Assembly (NCBI GenBank): GCA_964016885.1
Contig: OZ024744.1
Span: 72,602,001-72,666,000 of the forward strand
DNA length: 64,000 nucleotides
DNA from: Eledone cirrhosa
Lineage: Eukaryota
Reading direction: 5' to 3'
A model generated the notes under the pieces. It was not told the origin of the DNA, ran no database searches, and saw nothing but the letters and a program-made list of their open reading frames with translations. A program made the position numbers and the translations under genes. Shown in pieces: positions 21,986-36,435 of this stretch (position 1 is the first letter of the stretch; each line of letters begins with the position of its first letter).

Positions 21986-24001
21986 CTAAATCAGGACCAG
22001 TAATTTTGATACTGCATATTTAAATGAATAGTTAGCAACAGAGTAACTCTGAAATAAAGCCTATGGATACCTACAGCTATAATTTAACTAATTTTCTTAA
22101 TGTGCCTTCAACGATAGCATGATTAATTGAATATGTTCCTTTTCACAGTGACTTGTATAATTAAAAACAATACTATGGTTATACCTAAATTGAATTTATC
22201 TTAGATTTTATAATATATTCTATGCAGTGCATAAATATCATTATTTATAAAAGAATAAATCTAAGCAAAGTCATAAAATACTTTGTGAGGAAATAAAATT
22301 AAAGAAAGAGTTAAATTTCTGATCACTCAGCTGGTGTCTAAGAACAACAAATTTCAAAGTAAAAACAATTAAAAAAAGCTAATAGACAAATTAACATTAT
22401 TCTGCATATATTTTTCTACTAGTTTTTGTGAACATCAAATGTTCTTCACAACAATACTGTGAAAATATCTGCACCAAGAATATTAAACCTTGTCGTTATG
22501 TCAATAGATTTAATTGAAAAACAGATTTTTCCCAAAACATGTTTGTGTGAAGAGAGTTCATTTTACATTCTCTAGATCCTTATCTGTTATTTAATGCATG
22601 TCACTAGAAGTAATTTGAAAGTATTAATTTTTATTTACTTTCATAAATGTAAACAATGAAAAATTAAAAGCAATATAGCTTTCAGCATTTATATGTGGCT
22701 GCATTTTGCACGTAAATTAAAAGTCACTATGGGAGTAACCAGAAATTTGAGCTGGTTTAGAACATTCCGAGTGTGTGTGTATGTGAATGTGTGTGTGTTT
22801 GTGTGTGTGTACTCATACCCACCCACTCATGCTATAAACAACATTGTAGTAAGTTAGGTTAAAAATCTAAAAAATTTCAATGTAAGAAATGATTATGTAG
22901 CAACACTTGCACTTAACTTGGGGTTTCAATGATTGCCTTTTGTGATTAAAAGATAAAAAAAACAGTCTTCATTGTCATTGTTGTTAATTTTTCTTATTTT
23001 CTTAATCCACTGCCACCATGATCACCATTATAAAAGTCATCATGACCACAGTTTTTCACTTTCGTTATAATGAAAAATATGGTTCTGTTTCTTGAGCCAT
23101 TCCATGTTTTATTATGTGAATTGGCAATATCAGTGGTTGACATTAAGAAGGGCATCCAGCTATAGAAAACGAGCAGAAATCAGTTCCATGTATGTGAATC
23201 AAGGTCCTCTGATCTGATCTCTCACAAGGGGACTCATGCTAGCGTGGAAAATGGACATTAAATGATGATGATAATGATGTGGGACAACATGCTTCATGGC
23301 ATATAGTTACTACCCTTTACATTCTGATTTCAAATCCTGATGAGGTTAGCTTTGCCTTTCATCTTTATGGGGTCGATAAAATAAAGTACCAGTAATGCAA
23401 TGGGCTTGATTTAATGGATTTTCCTCACCCTAAAAATTGTTGGCCTTGTCCTTAAATCAGAAACCATTATTCGTCCATGCTGATATGGATGAATCTACTA
23501 TTCTGTTATTCCTGTGGCTCAGTCTTAGGTCATTCTTTTCTGTGAAAACCTACACAACACCCTAACCTTGCTAGCTTCTTTCATTTCACCATCCTCATTT
23601 CCAAGCATCTCAAGTATAATGAAGAAAGTTTTAAACAACCACTTAAGTTTTTCTTTTTTCTAAGTCACCACTAATATGTCTTGTGTAGAGCAGTAGGAAT
23701 CAACTGAAAAACTTCTTTGTAAATAGTACATTGTCACCTCTTTCCTCTGGAAAGTTGAAGTAGTACTTCAGACATGCGGCAGCAACCTTTCTCTTGCTTG
23801 CTATGCCAAGGTCTTGGTGGAGTTGAAAGACTGGAAAAACAAGTGAAATACTTTTCACAGTCTGTGATAGCAGATTTTGATGTTTAAAACATGCTAGCTT
23901 CAGTTTCCTTGGCCCCATTGTCATTTAGCCAACGTAGTTTAATCTAGTGTCAAGATCATAAAGAAACTGATGAGTAACATTTTCTCATGCACAGCTGTAC
24001 G

Positions 24002-24121
24002 TTAAGCCTTTAGCAGTCACATAAATGTCTCACATAATGTCAAATCTATGAGATTTTGTTATTATTTATTTTGAGAACAATATCTTGACTGGATATGGCC
24101 AGTTTAAATGCTAAAGGGTTA
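24002..24121 (+). mobile_element. Internally deleted piggyBac-type MITE
   Basis: TTAAGCCTTTAGCA ... AAATGCTAAAGGGTTA. Confidence 0.7.
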
Positions 24122-25866
24122 CATTTCATTTCTGAATCTGATGGACACTTAGCCTCGACCATGTGAAATTATCTATGATCTCAAGTTTTTAATATGTCTT
24201 CCACACTTGTGATTCTGGGAACAAAACATTTCTGCTAAGATAATACTACTTTTTACTCTACCGCAACCTTTTACAGACATGCAATTTAGACAACTCATAC
24301 TTGAATTGTATTGCTTTGCATAGCACACAATCTTCAGAGTAACTACAAAAGCTAAACTTCATTGTTCTAATGATCTCTCATGATAATCACATGAACATGC
24401 ATATATTGTGAAATATATATCATGTGCATTCTTTGAACAAAGCGTTTAACTCTGTTTCACTTATTTGCTTGCAAATTTCCATTCATTTTCATAGTTTAAT
24501 TGTCTTTTTAATAGGACCCCCCCCCCCCCCCCAGAAATAGTGGGGAAATATGCTGCAATAGCAACCAACCAGCCAGTCAACTAACTAATCCATCTCAATA
24601 GAAGGGAAAAGTTATGAAAACATTACAATATAACGTTATCAACTCTGGTTCTGTCTTACTTATCTGCTTATTTCAAAGTGTTTGTAATTATCTAAAAACA
24701 ACCTTCTATAATAATTTTCTGTAAGAATCCATGTTAAGTTATGCTCCTAACGAATAAATTTGACACCTGTATTATACTATTTTGTACTTTTTAAAACTAG
24801 ATCTACCAGATGTCAGCGCAAGGAAAAAGAAAAAAAATATATATATAGAGAGAGAGTGGGCAAAATGTGAAGAGTTATTTAAATATCCAATAGCAATAAT
24901 AAAATATCCCCACCACACTCCACAATTGAGAAAAATTGATGAAAATAATATAGCTAACATGTCAAATTCCATAGATTTTAACCAAACTGTTTTATTTTAT
25001 TTTGTTTTACTGGAAAATATTGAATTATAAAAAATATAATTAAATAAAGTATAAGAAAAACAAAAATAACAACAGCAAAAAAAAAAAACAACAAAAAAAC
25101 AATCACAAAACACCTTACTACTTTACACTGTTGATGGATGTAAAGTTTATAGCATCAGATTGCATTTCAAAAAGGTTTTAATGTCAGATTACTTGTTGTC
25201 ATGTCAAATTGACAAATTGTAGAATGTTATCATTGAAAAATGATATAACTTACTGTAGTTTAAGCATGGGCAACATCTCAAAAGTCAATAGAAACAATTG
25301 TTAACAATCACCTCCTTCATCACCTTGTGTCTCTAGGGCTTTCCTCACTGACTGTCACTAAAGTTTGGCGCTAGACTTGCTCTTCTATGTCACTCACCAC
25401 TGTCCCTTGTCCTTGAGAACTTCCTGTAAAGCTCAGTGTTGTTTTACTTCAACATCAGCAAAGTCTTTGAGGTTGTGTCTGACATGAGGACCTTCTAACC
25501 AATTTCCTCACTCCTGATGATCTACATCTGTCTCCTCTTTTCTTTCACAGGGCTTCCTGTGTTGTGTGTGTGTGTGTGTGTCATTCCTCCATATGCTCTA
25601 AGTTTCAGACATGTCTGTCACACTCTTCCTTCTGTACATTAGCAAGACATTCTTGGAAAGTAAAAAAAACCAAACAAACAGAACTATGGCTACATCATCA
25701 TCATCATCATCGCCATTTACCGTCCATTTTCCATGCTGGCATGGTTTAGACAAGTTATCCTGTTGTGGGCAATGCCAGGGTGACCATGTCTTGCTAATAC
25801 AAAATCGATTTTGGTTTCTGCAGCTGGATGCTCTTCCTAGCGCCAATCTCATTTAGAGTGAATACT

Positions 25867-26638
25867 TGACCACTTTACAGTGTGGACTGGGTGCCTTTTG
25901 TCATGACACCTATATGACCACTTTACAGTGTGGGCTGGGTGTCTTTTGTCATGACACCTATATGACCACTTTACAGTGTGGACTGGGTGCCTTTTGTCAT
26001 GACACCTATATGACCACTTTACAGTGTGGACTGGGTGCCTTTTGTCATGACATCTATATGACCACTTTACAGTGTGGACTGGGTGCCTTTTGTCATGACA
26101 CCTATATGACCACTTGACAGTGTGGACTGGGTGCCTTTTGTCATGACACCTATATGACCACTTTACAGTGTGGACTGGGTGCCTTTTGTCATGACACCTA
26201 TATGACCACTTTACAGTGTGGACTGGGTGTCTTTTGTCATGATACCTATATGACCACTTGACAGTGTGGACTGGGTGCCTTTTGTCATGACACCTATATG
26301 ACCACTTTACAGTGTGGACTGGGTGTCTTTTGTCATGACACCTATATGACCACTTGACAGTGTGGACTGGGTGCTTTTTGTCATGAGACCTATATGACCA
26401 CTTTACAGTGTGGACTGGGTGCTTTTTGTCATGACACCTATATGACCACTTTACAGTGTGGACTGGGTGCTTTTTGTCATGAGACCTATATGACCACTTT
26501 ACAGTGTGGACTGGGTGCTTTTTGTCATGAGACCTATATGACCACTTTACAGTGTGGACTGGGTGCTTTTTGTCATGAGACCTATATGACCACTTTACAG
26601 TGTGGACTGGGTGCTTTTTGTCATGGCACCTACATGAC
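25867..26638 (-). repeat. 48-bp minisatellite, 16 copies, derived from the RTE/SINE 3'UTR repeat
   Basis: Unit TGACCACTTTACAGTGTGGACTGGGTGCCTTTTGTCATGACACCTATA. Its reverse complement matches 6250-6345, and it abuts a minus-strand tail element at 25693-25865. Confidence 0.95.
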
Positions 26639-27539
26639 AATGACGTCTACACACATTAAAAATTAAAGTCCTTATTTTAGTGTACTGCAAATGTTCCTAA
26701 TGAACTATTCACTAGTAAAGATGCTATAAACATTTGAATTACCAAATCCATTATATATATATATTGTGTAAAGTTATTACAGGATGCTAAAAGTTAATGA
26801 CTACCTTTGTGCTCTTACACCTGTGTAGATTATACTATGCTTGACTCATAACCTTTCTTATGCTGCCAGTCGTGCACATTACTCAGAATACACAAACAAA
26901 GGCCATGACAAAATTCTTCACAAAAGGTGGCAGTGTGGGGCAGGGGGTGGGGGTGACAGGCATCTCTTTCAACAGCAGATATACAGTTTCTACACATATG
27001 AAAGAAACATTCTGTTGCCCCCACCTTCACTAGGTGATCAACAACACAAAATTGAAACTCTGAGTCTATACAAATTCTAGATTTCATAATGACTATTCTC
27101 TGTGCCGGCACCCCTCCCCCCAACACACACATTATATGGTACAGACAGTCTAGTAGATAAACAATATGGTTGTATCGGCTATGGATATTAATCGTGTTCT
27201 TAGAATTTTCATTCCTCGAGACTATGTTATCGGCATTCATTTATTTTATTTATCTCTGAGGATTTGACTGAAATTAATCAATATGAAAACACTATCTGAA
27301 TAAATGAAATTAATCTAAATTGTTAAATATTACTTAAATATATTTTGTTAAAACTGCAATGCTGTAAATGTGATTGGTGTTAGAAAGAGCATCCAGCCAT
27401 AGAAACCAAGCCAGAAAGCGTTCTGTATGAGCAAGACATGGTCACCTGATCTGACTTGTCTCACATTGGGACAACTCGTCTAATTTATGTTAGTGTAGGA
27501 AATTGAAGTTAAATGGTGATGACAATATATATATATATA

Positions 27540-27900
27540 TCATCATCATCATTTTTTTAACTTTTGTTTTTCCACATTTGGATGGGTTGGATGGGTCCTT
27601 TTCAGTGCATCATCTCTCTACTTGTCGTGTTCCTCCATCATCTCTGTGAATCTCAGCGATTTGAGATCAGCTCTCACCACCTCCATCCTGGTATTTCTTG
27701 GTCTACCTCTACCGTGGTTTCCTTCCACCAATCATCATCCATGCCCATCACATGACCAAACCAACATAGTCTTCTCTCTTGCACAGCATTTTGGAATCCT
27801 CTTAAAACTAGTTTTTCCCTCAGTTCATCCAGCCTCTGTCTTTCTCTCACATTTACATTGCACATTCAAGAAAGCATGGCAGCTTCATTTCTCTCCAGTA
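27540..27900 (-). pseudogene. RTE LINE 3' fragment
   Basis: MCNVNVRERQRLDELREKL...QERRLCWFGHVM is homologous to the C-terminus of 4134-6101; (ATG)n tail present. Confidence 0.8.
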
Positions 27901-28292
27901 TACATCATTATCATCATCACTCGTCGACTACTGTCGAGATGATGGATCTCACTCTCATGCCCCAGAATCCCCTGTCCCCCATCGCTGCCCCCAGGTCCTG
28001 TCTGCTGATTCCCGTATCCCTAGAGATAACGTCAGGGAATGACAGCTTCCTACTCCCAGTCAGGCTGGAGTCAGGGTTCCAGAGCAAGAGAGCGGATATG
28101 ATTTCATTGCTGGCACGGTGACAGTGGCCAGCAAATTGAGCTCTCCGGGATTTTAGAAGGGCAGAGGCTCGAGGGAGTTTGCCATAGATTTTAGACAAGG
28201 TGGGATGTCGTTTCCAGGATAGGTTTTGCACTCTCATTAAGAGGCGGGTATATGTGCCATCCAATCTCCTCTCAAGTTGTGATGTATACACA
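27901..28292 (-). pseudogene. 3' fragment of a different RTE-like LINE family
   Basis: LERRLDGTYTRLLMRVQNLSW...RRAQFAGHCHR...LLLW is a typical LINE RT C-terminus; open frame ends in an (ATG)n-like tail. Confidence 0.75.
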
Positions 28293-29740
28293 TGTCCACT
28301 GTAGTTACAACCTATGATTCACTACCATGCAGCATCAGACTTTGCATACAGGCATCATGAAGTTGTCCTTTTGTACTTCTATTTTCCATGCTTGTATAAG
28401 TAAAACGGGTTTTCACATTGTGACTTGGCTACCAATGCTAGCATGGAAAATGGGTGTTAACTGATGATGATGATGATAATGATGTGACTATCAGGTCAGG
28501 TGAACATGTCTTGTGCATACAGACCAATTTTACTTGGTTTCTAAAGCTGGATGCTCCTAATGCCAACCACTATGTGGCCCGTGTTTTTTATATCATAATA
28601 CCAGAATGACCATGTATATAACCCATGCTAGCGTGGAAGATGGACGTTAAACGATGATGATGATGATTATAAAGTATATATATGTATATATATATATATA
28701 TAAACGTTTAATATCCATTTTCCATGCTAGCATGGGTAAGACATGCTGTCCCATTGGGAGACATCCAGGTTGGAGAACCGTATTTTGCTCACACAGAACT
28801 GATTTCAGCTTGGTTTCTATGGCTGGATGCTCTTCCTAATACCAACCACATTTACAGTGTGTGCTGGCTGCTTTTTGTCGTGGTAGCTACATGACCACTT
28901 TACAGCGTGGACTGGGCGCTTTTTATTATGACTCCTACACGATTGCGTTACAGTTTGGACAGGGTGCTTTTTGTCATGACACTTACACAACCACTTCACA
29001 GTGTGGGCTGGGCACACATATATATACTAATGATAATTTACAATAAGGTTGCTTGGATGCCTTTGCCCCCAGCTGTATACCCATGTTAATGGGTTACAAT
29101 GTCTTTTCTAATCAGATATTAAGGTATGGTAGAATAAGTAGCCAGGTAAAAGTTTTTATGGAATAGGTTATGAGAATATTTACACACAGGATTAGACAAG
29201 GATTCAATAGGAAATTATTGATGTAGGATTTCTGTCATAGCTTTGGTATTACAGGGGAGATTTTTATGGTTTGGTGCTGTTTAAAATTTTCAGTTAAGTA
29301 ACGAATGGCTAAGTGTTAAGAATGATAGGTGAGTTTTGGGTTTTCCATTGAAATGTTATTGTGGCTTGTGTCAGTGAGGAATGATGGATGTGAGTCTGAT
29401 GATTTTCAGTTTTCCATAAAAACACTTATTCTGTTTATGTTGTTGTTCAAGTCAGGGCAGCTGTGGGTTTTTCATAGAAGCGTTGATGTTGCTTATGTCC
29501 AGGATTTTCAAGTCTAGACAGCTTATTTTATTTCTTTAGAAGCCCATCACTATGTGTTTAAAAGGATTGTCTAAAGGCACACTAGTTTTCTGCTTTCTTT
29601 CATTAAACTTTGCTGGTGAGGGTTAGATTTCAGTTGGTGTGCATGTCTGTCTGCTGATAGGCAAGTTCATGGATGTGGAACTTTTACATAAGGTAGTATA
29701 GGTGAGCTGAAAGATTTTTAATTTGGGTATGGGAACGTTT

Positions 29741-30200
29741 CTATTCAGATGATCTGGTCTTTATAGCTGAATGCATAAAAGAACTAGAGAATAAGTTCTG
29801 GCTATGGAAACGGAATTTGGAATCAAAAAGGCTGGGAGTAAACTTAGCCAGGACTAAAGTGCTAATAAATAGGAAAGAAGATAGGACCCTGGTTCCATTA
29901 GGGAAGTGGCCCTGCTTAATATGTAGAAAAGTATAAACACTATACGATGTACAAAATGTAAATCTTGAGTACACAAAAGGTAGATTAACAGGAAGGGAAG
30001 ATTTTGTATGTAGAAGATGCACAGGAGTAACAAGGAGAAGAGTGTTAGTGATATAAAACTTTTCCAATCTCAGGAAGGATCCATAGAAGTGGTTGATAGC
30101 TTCTGCTATCTAGGTGACTTAATTAGCAGTAGAGGAGGATGCTCCAAGAGCAGAATAGCTAGAATATGGATAAGAGAGAAGCTTAGAAAGTTACTCCCAC
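29741..30200 (+). pseudogene. Decayed RTE RT fragment including PHD remnant
   Basis: YSDDLVFIAE, NLARTKVL, GKWPCLICRK, FVCRRC, IEVVDSFCYLG. Confidence 0.8.
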
Positions 30201-30340
30201 TTTATTTCATCGACCCCATAAGGATGAAAGGCAAAGCTAACCACGGCAGAATTTGAACTCGGACCATAAAGGGCAGTAATTCTATGTTGCAAAGCATGAT
30301 GTCCGACGCTCTACCGATACTGCCAATCCACCGCCCTTAA
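30195..30340 (-). mobile_element. tRNA-derived SINE family. Other copies at ~23280-23470 (+), 30790-30995 (-), 31200-31360 (+), 31590-31765 (-), 33250-33385 (+), 37250-37380 (-), 59515-59615 (-)
   Basis: Minus strand has A box TGGCAGTATCGG, B box GAGTTCAAAT and conserved body CTTTGCCTTTCATCCTTATGGGGTCGATRAAATAAAG, which resembles the Meta-type SINE central domain. Confidence 0.8.
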
Positions 30341-33300
30341 TGTCAATAATAGTAATAATAATGATTTCTTATTTAGGCTCAAGGTCAGCAATTTTAGGAA
30401 CATGAAAAGTCAATCAAATCAAACCTAGTACCTTACTGGTACTTTAAAAGCCCCAGAAAAATGAAAGGCAAATTTGATGTTGGCAGAACTAAACATTGGA
30501 AGTCATTTTGGCCTCTACCAATTCAGCTACTTCACCACTTTTAACTCTTTGAACCCACTTGAAACTGCTTTTATTAAAAAGTTGAATTTTAAATTAAAAA
30601 CTTTTCCTGAAATCTTGTTATTACATAACAATTAATATTAGATTTCAAGTAGTTAAATGTTTGTATTTATCAATTTAAGTTAGTTATTTTACTAAGCCTA
30701 TTATAATAATTAAAACACAAAGGCAGTATAATCTTGTTAGAAATATGGTCACAAAAGAGTTAATGTAATAATAAAAATGATAGTAATGATTTCTACAAGG
30801 CCAACATTTTTTGGGGAAGGGAAGTCGATGAAATTGACACCAGTGCATTACTAGTACTTTATTTTATCGACCCTGTAAGGATGAACAGCAAAGCTAAACT
30901 TAGTTGGATTTGAACTCAGAACGCAAAGGGCCGTAACTCTATGCTGCAATGCATAGTGCCCGACCCTCTACTGATTCTGCCAATTAACCACTCTTAAAAT
31001 AAAAAATGATAATAATAATTGCTAAACTGAATGCCATTCAATATTTCTCCTGTCCCTTTAGGCTCCTTGTTAAAATTCCACCTGTGACAACATTGCCTTT
31101 CATCTATCTGTGGTCCCAAAGATTAGTACAAGTAACGTATTGGACTAGATCTAATTTACTACAGCTCTCAGAGATATTCACCATGACTTCTTGTTATTTT
31201 AGGTGGCAAATTGGCCAGAGTTGTTAGAATGTTGGATAGAAAGCTTTATGGTATTTGTTCCAGCTCTCTGCTCTCTGAGTTCATATCTCACTGAGGTCAA
31301 CTTTGCCTTTCATGCTTTTGGGGTTGATAAAAAAAAGTACCAGTCTAGTACTGGGGTCGATTCTTCCTCTATATCTCTTTCTCTCACTTTCAGGAAGAAA
31401 TCTGCATGACACAGTGTTGCTAAGCTGGCCTTTTAAATTGCAGGTAGGGTCCATCTGACAGGCTTCCAAATAGTTTCTGTCTAATTTCATTCACAAGGCA
31501 TGAATTAATCTGAGGATATGGTAAATGACATACCTCTGAGGACTGAGTCTAGATTCACTTGTGTTATACACAATCTTGATAATTGTTTTTACTTTTGGCA
31601 CAAGGCCAGCAATTCACCAGTGCATTACTGGTACTTCATTTTATCAACCCCGTAAGGATGAAAGGCAAAGTTAACCTTGGTTGGATTTGAACTCGGACCA
31701 TAAAGAGCCATAACACTATGCTGCAAAAGCATGGCATCTGACCCTCTACCGATACTGCCAATCCATCTTGATAATAACTGCTGTTAATTCTCCTAGAACT
31801 TCATTTTACTAGTTAGATCTAACATTACTATTATGTTATTTATTAGAATTGTCACATTACTGTGTCTTTGGATACACTTGTGCCACATGACAATAACATC
31901 TGTTAATTCTCCATCTATGCATTCCTTCTATTGATGATGATGTGCTTTTTAGAATAATTTTTCTTCTTTTTATGTCAAAGGTTACTGTGACTGTGTCAAC
32001 TGTGTTTGAACTAGGCAATTAATTTAGAGGTCTATAAAGTTTAAATTCATGAGTCATAATATACTTATCTAACTCTTTCCAGACAATTTGGTCCACAAAA
32101 TAATGTCTAAACTTGTCTTGTCTATTATAAGATCCCATCATGTGAATTTTGGTATCTTTAAATTAGAATGAATCTGATAATTTAGGTCAGCCTGTCTTAC
32201 TAATTCTCTGATATGGAGTAATTATAAGCTATTTATATATGTTTAAATATCCTAAACAGTAGGGGTAATTGTAAACATGAGTTGTTGTTTTTTTTTCTTT
32301 ACATTGACTACAAAAGAGATTTTATCATGTTTTCCAGATAGTAAAAACTGAACCTATGACATGTGTTCTGGGGTAGAATTTTGCTTCAGATTTAAAGAAG
32401 CCCATCTACTATGTTGATTGAGAGGTAGAAAATCTACATCGAAAACTGTTATAGAATTGATATTGGGGAAGTTGTTGTAATTGATTAGTATCAAATCTGC
32501 CCTGATCAAGCAAGAAGTTGCCTGGCTTAGTGCTTAGGGTATTTGACTCATGATCATAAGGTCAGCAGTTCCATTCAGGGACTGAGAAGAATGTTGTGTT
32601 CTGGAACAAGACATTTCATTTCATTTCACTTCACATTTCTTTTCATGAAAGAACGTGGGTTGCTACCATTAACCCTTTGGAGTCACAGCCCTTTTCACAA
32701 GCCCTACAGTGGACATGCACTTATTGTTCAATAAAACATTATAAATAATAAAGTGCATGATAAATAAATCACAGAACACAGCAAACTATCATGGAAGCTG
32801 CCATTGAAAGGCCCAGATGTACAAGAAGCAATCTGACTGGCTGGTACAAAAACCAGCCAGCTAATCTTGAGGCTTGTATTATTGGGCCTCTTATCTCCCA
32901 AGGGTTAAAACACCCAAGAAACCCCCTATAAGAGGCAACTTCCCTTGTACAAGGCCAGCTATACTTGCTTTCATTTCAATTTTTTTTCAGCAAGCTTATG
33001 ATCAAAGACATTCCAATCTGAATCATAATATTCCTTATTAAGACACATTACATTATCTCCCTAGTTGGCTTTAGTAGCTCATCAGATGCTGAACTCTTAA
33101 CATCCTGTAATGATTTAACAGAAAATATCTAAAAACATGTTTTTGATTCAAATCTTAGTAACTTTATTAGTGGACATATCAATGTGAAAATTTGCAGTAT
33201 TAGACTTTAACCCTTTAGCATTTACATTACTCTATAGTTATTATTATATTTGGTAGAGGGTCGGATGCCATGCTTTGCAGCAAAGAGTTACGGCCCTTTA

Positions 33301-33974
33301 CGGTCTGAGTACAAATCCCGCCAGAGTTAACTTTGCCTTTCATCCTTATGGGGTCAATAAAATAAAGCACCAGTAATGCAATTGGCATTATGAAAGACGT
33401 CCAGCCATGCCCAAATATGGAACATGTGAGCAAGAGTTTATCCAACTCAAACTAAGACAATCCTTCAAATCCAAGCTAATATGGAAAACCGATATTAAAA
33501 TGATGATGATAATGATAAAGAAGATGATGATGAATTTATGAATTGATCGTAACTCTCTGACATTAAGTGTTGTTTTCATTAGCTCACTTGTATTGGGGTC
33601 TTTCTGAAAGTTTCTGATATCAGTTGGAACTTTGATTGTCTTTGATATTTTCAGCTGAGCTAGAAAGTGTGTCTGTTCATATAACTAAGAGTATGTTTCG
33701 ATAAACTTATGAGTAGTAAAGAACTCAACACAGTTTTCTGATTTCTTACAGTAAGAATTATTGAATTATTTTGAAATGTTGGCTACGACACCTTGACTTT
33801 TGTCTCTTAAATAGCCACACTTCAAGTTATCTAACATTGCCAAGATCACATAGCTCACATGCAGTTTTAACTGGTTTCCTTCAAAGTTGTGTCTCATAGG
33901 AGGTTCCTCTGTTGTTTTAATTGTAGGGGCCCATATCCTATCATGTAAAGTAACACAAACATCAAGCATCTTGC

Positions 33975-34201
33975 TTAACTCTTTAACATTTACATCACTC
34001 TATATTTATTATTATATTTTCATGGTAAACACTTTATCTCACATAATTATCTCGCATAACATTGAATCTATTGAGATTTTGATATTTATTTTGAGAACAA
34101 TACCTTAACATCAGTATAAGCTGCCAATTACAGTCAGTTTGAACAGAAAGAGGTGAGAGAATTCTGGCTGGATACGGCCGGTTTAAATGCTAAAGGGTTA
34201 A
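33975..34201 (+). mobile_element. piggyBac-type MITE at the junction of a ~160-190 bp tandem duplication (33815-33978 / 34205-34403)
   Basis: TTAA and TIRs present; the flanking duplicated segment aligns by eye. Confidence 0.8.
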
Positions 34202-36411
34202 AAAACTACCTTCCAAGTTTTCTAACATTGCCAAGATCACATAGCTTGTGACAAACATTTAAAAAAATGAAATATACAGCTCACGTGCAGTTTAAACTGG
34301 CCTCCTACAAAGTTGTATCTCAAAGGAGGTTTCTTGGGTGTTTTAATTGTAGGGATCCCTATCCTATCATGTAAAGCAACACAAAATCAAGCATCTTGCT
34401 TAAGTATACATTACACCACCCAATCTAAGAATTAAATCCATAACACTGATATGTCATTTAATCAACTTTGGTGAAAGCCTTCACAAAGTTGAAAAATAAA
34501 TACTTCTGTTATACACATCACTAGGGTGTTTGTATATATATTCAAACATAATTTCTGCTCTTTTACACCCCTGGGAAATAACCTTCTATATCTATGGTGG
34601 AATTGTGCTTATTTTGTTGGTTTCTTTTAAAATCTTTAGACTAGTTAGTGTTTAGCCAGTGGGTTCACGGATGACAGCCTCTCCAAACATGTACACAACC
34701 ACACACTTAAACTACTCACAACATACATATAAACACACACAATTCTCAACCCTTTTTAACATTTTTATTTAACCCTCTCCAAACTTACATACACACACAT
34801 TCAATTTTGCATACATGCACACACGCTGTAGACATGCACCCACACTGCTGCACAACATTACAATATATGATGCCATAAAACACCATATACCTAAGCACAT
34901 TAAAGTTTTACACACACACACACACACACACTCAACCAATGCATACATATGTAGACATACACACACTGCAGGCGCATACATATGCACACTGAGACATTAA
35001 TATACAACACCCAAATATATACACACGCAGCACACACACACATTTGAATAAATTTATGCACATGAAAAAAAAACAATACAAACTCACTGTAAAGCTTACC
35101 CTCTTACACACTAATATTACACACACACACACACACACATACATCACAGCATACTCATAACACTATGAAAAGATAAACATACACATACTTCCAAAACAAA
35201 TTGCACAAACAAATGCTCACACATACAATATATCCTTTTACCTTATCTCCCTTCCTACTCTCTAATATAGAAAACCACATTTTTCTATTTGTCACTACTG
35301 TCATTTTCAGTATGACACTTTAAATGATCAATATGAATTTTTGTCACTTGTTTTCTTTCCATTTTTTTCTTTCTTTTTCTCTCCTTTTCTCTTATTCTTT
35401 TTTTTTTTTTCATTCTTATGAAGGACTTATGTTCGAAACATTAAAAATATGTCTATTTCTCTAAGCATGAATCTAATATAACTTTTATCATATCTCTCAC
35501 GTCCTTATGTTATTTTCATTTTTATACATCACATTTTCTCTTCTATACATCACATGTTGGCATGTACCACCGCCTTACATATTTCTACACTGACTCTAAG
35601 TGCTTCTATCTTCACTCAATGAATTACCAGAGAAATAGCGAGCAAGAGAGAGAGAGTTGGGGGATACCTGCACACATATCCTTTTATCTTTGTTTTGGTC
35701 TTGGCCATATCAGGGCATCAACTTCAATTGTTTTTTATCGATCATATTGACTGCAGTGTTTTTTTCTGTCTGGCACTAATTTTACTGACTTCCATTTGTC
35801 AAACCAGTGAGTTATGTGACATAAATTGACACAATAAACAATGATAATAGTTTTGAGACAGGTATAAATGTAAACCCTTACAAACACAAATAGATATTTT
35901 TTCAAGGCATCATGCAGTAGAATCAAACCCACAATCATGTTGTTACAAAGCAAATCTTTTAACTAAACAGTCTCCTCGTATAGGTGCCATCCACTACCAG
36001 GCTCCTAAACTATGGTTCCATTGTGAGATAGGTTCTGTGCGGTCAACTGGCCTGTTCCTTCTCATAATGGAGCTATCTAGTTACACACTGTAAATGTGGT
36101 TGGTGTTAGGAAGAGCATCCAGCTGTAAAATATCTGGTTAAATTTATAGTCCTTGTCAGAGCAAGGTGCGACACGGCCAACCCTGGCTAGACTTGCCTCC
36201 CGGCATGGACGACCTGTCTAAATGATGCAAGCATGGAAAAATGGATGCTAAATGGTGATGATGATGATGAGTCATGCCTGCACTTACCCACACACCCATT
36301 TGATAGTGAGAAACTGACAGTTGACTGGTCCATTTTTTCTTTTTCTTTTTAAACCAAATTCCTCTTACTGTTGAATTGGAAGTTGTTGAAAACCTTTAAT
36401 TTTATTTTCAG

Positions 36412-36435
36412 TCTGAGGAAGAATCTGAAAATGTG
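36412..36435 (+). CDS. Candidate 24-nt micro-exon of an unidentified host gene (SEEESENV or LRKNLKM)
   Basis: TTTAATTTTATTTTCAG | TCTGAGGAAGAATCTGAAAATGTG | GTAAGT: strong acceptor, consensus donor, frame-preserving length. Confidence 0.45.

Noticed and set aside
23700-23924. Possible Harbinger transposase C-terminal remnant (LKYYFNFPE)
   Set aside because: Single weak motif with no catalytic residues visible.
25849-26666. 263-aa repetitive ORF, or a CRISPR-like array
   Set aside because: The 48-bp unit is a multiple of 3 with a stop-free frame. There are no unique spacers, no cas genes, and the context is eukaryotic.
27250-27300. CTGAGGA...GAAA-ACAC-TA motif
   Set aside because: Stem I and stem II pairing are not convincing.
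35411-35445. Hammerhead-like CTTATGA-AGGAC(TTAT)GTTC-GAAA
   Set aside because: Core is missing G5 and there is no stem I; at best a dead relic.
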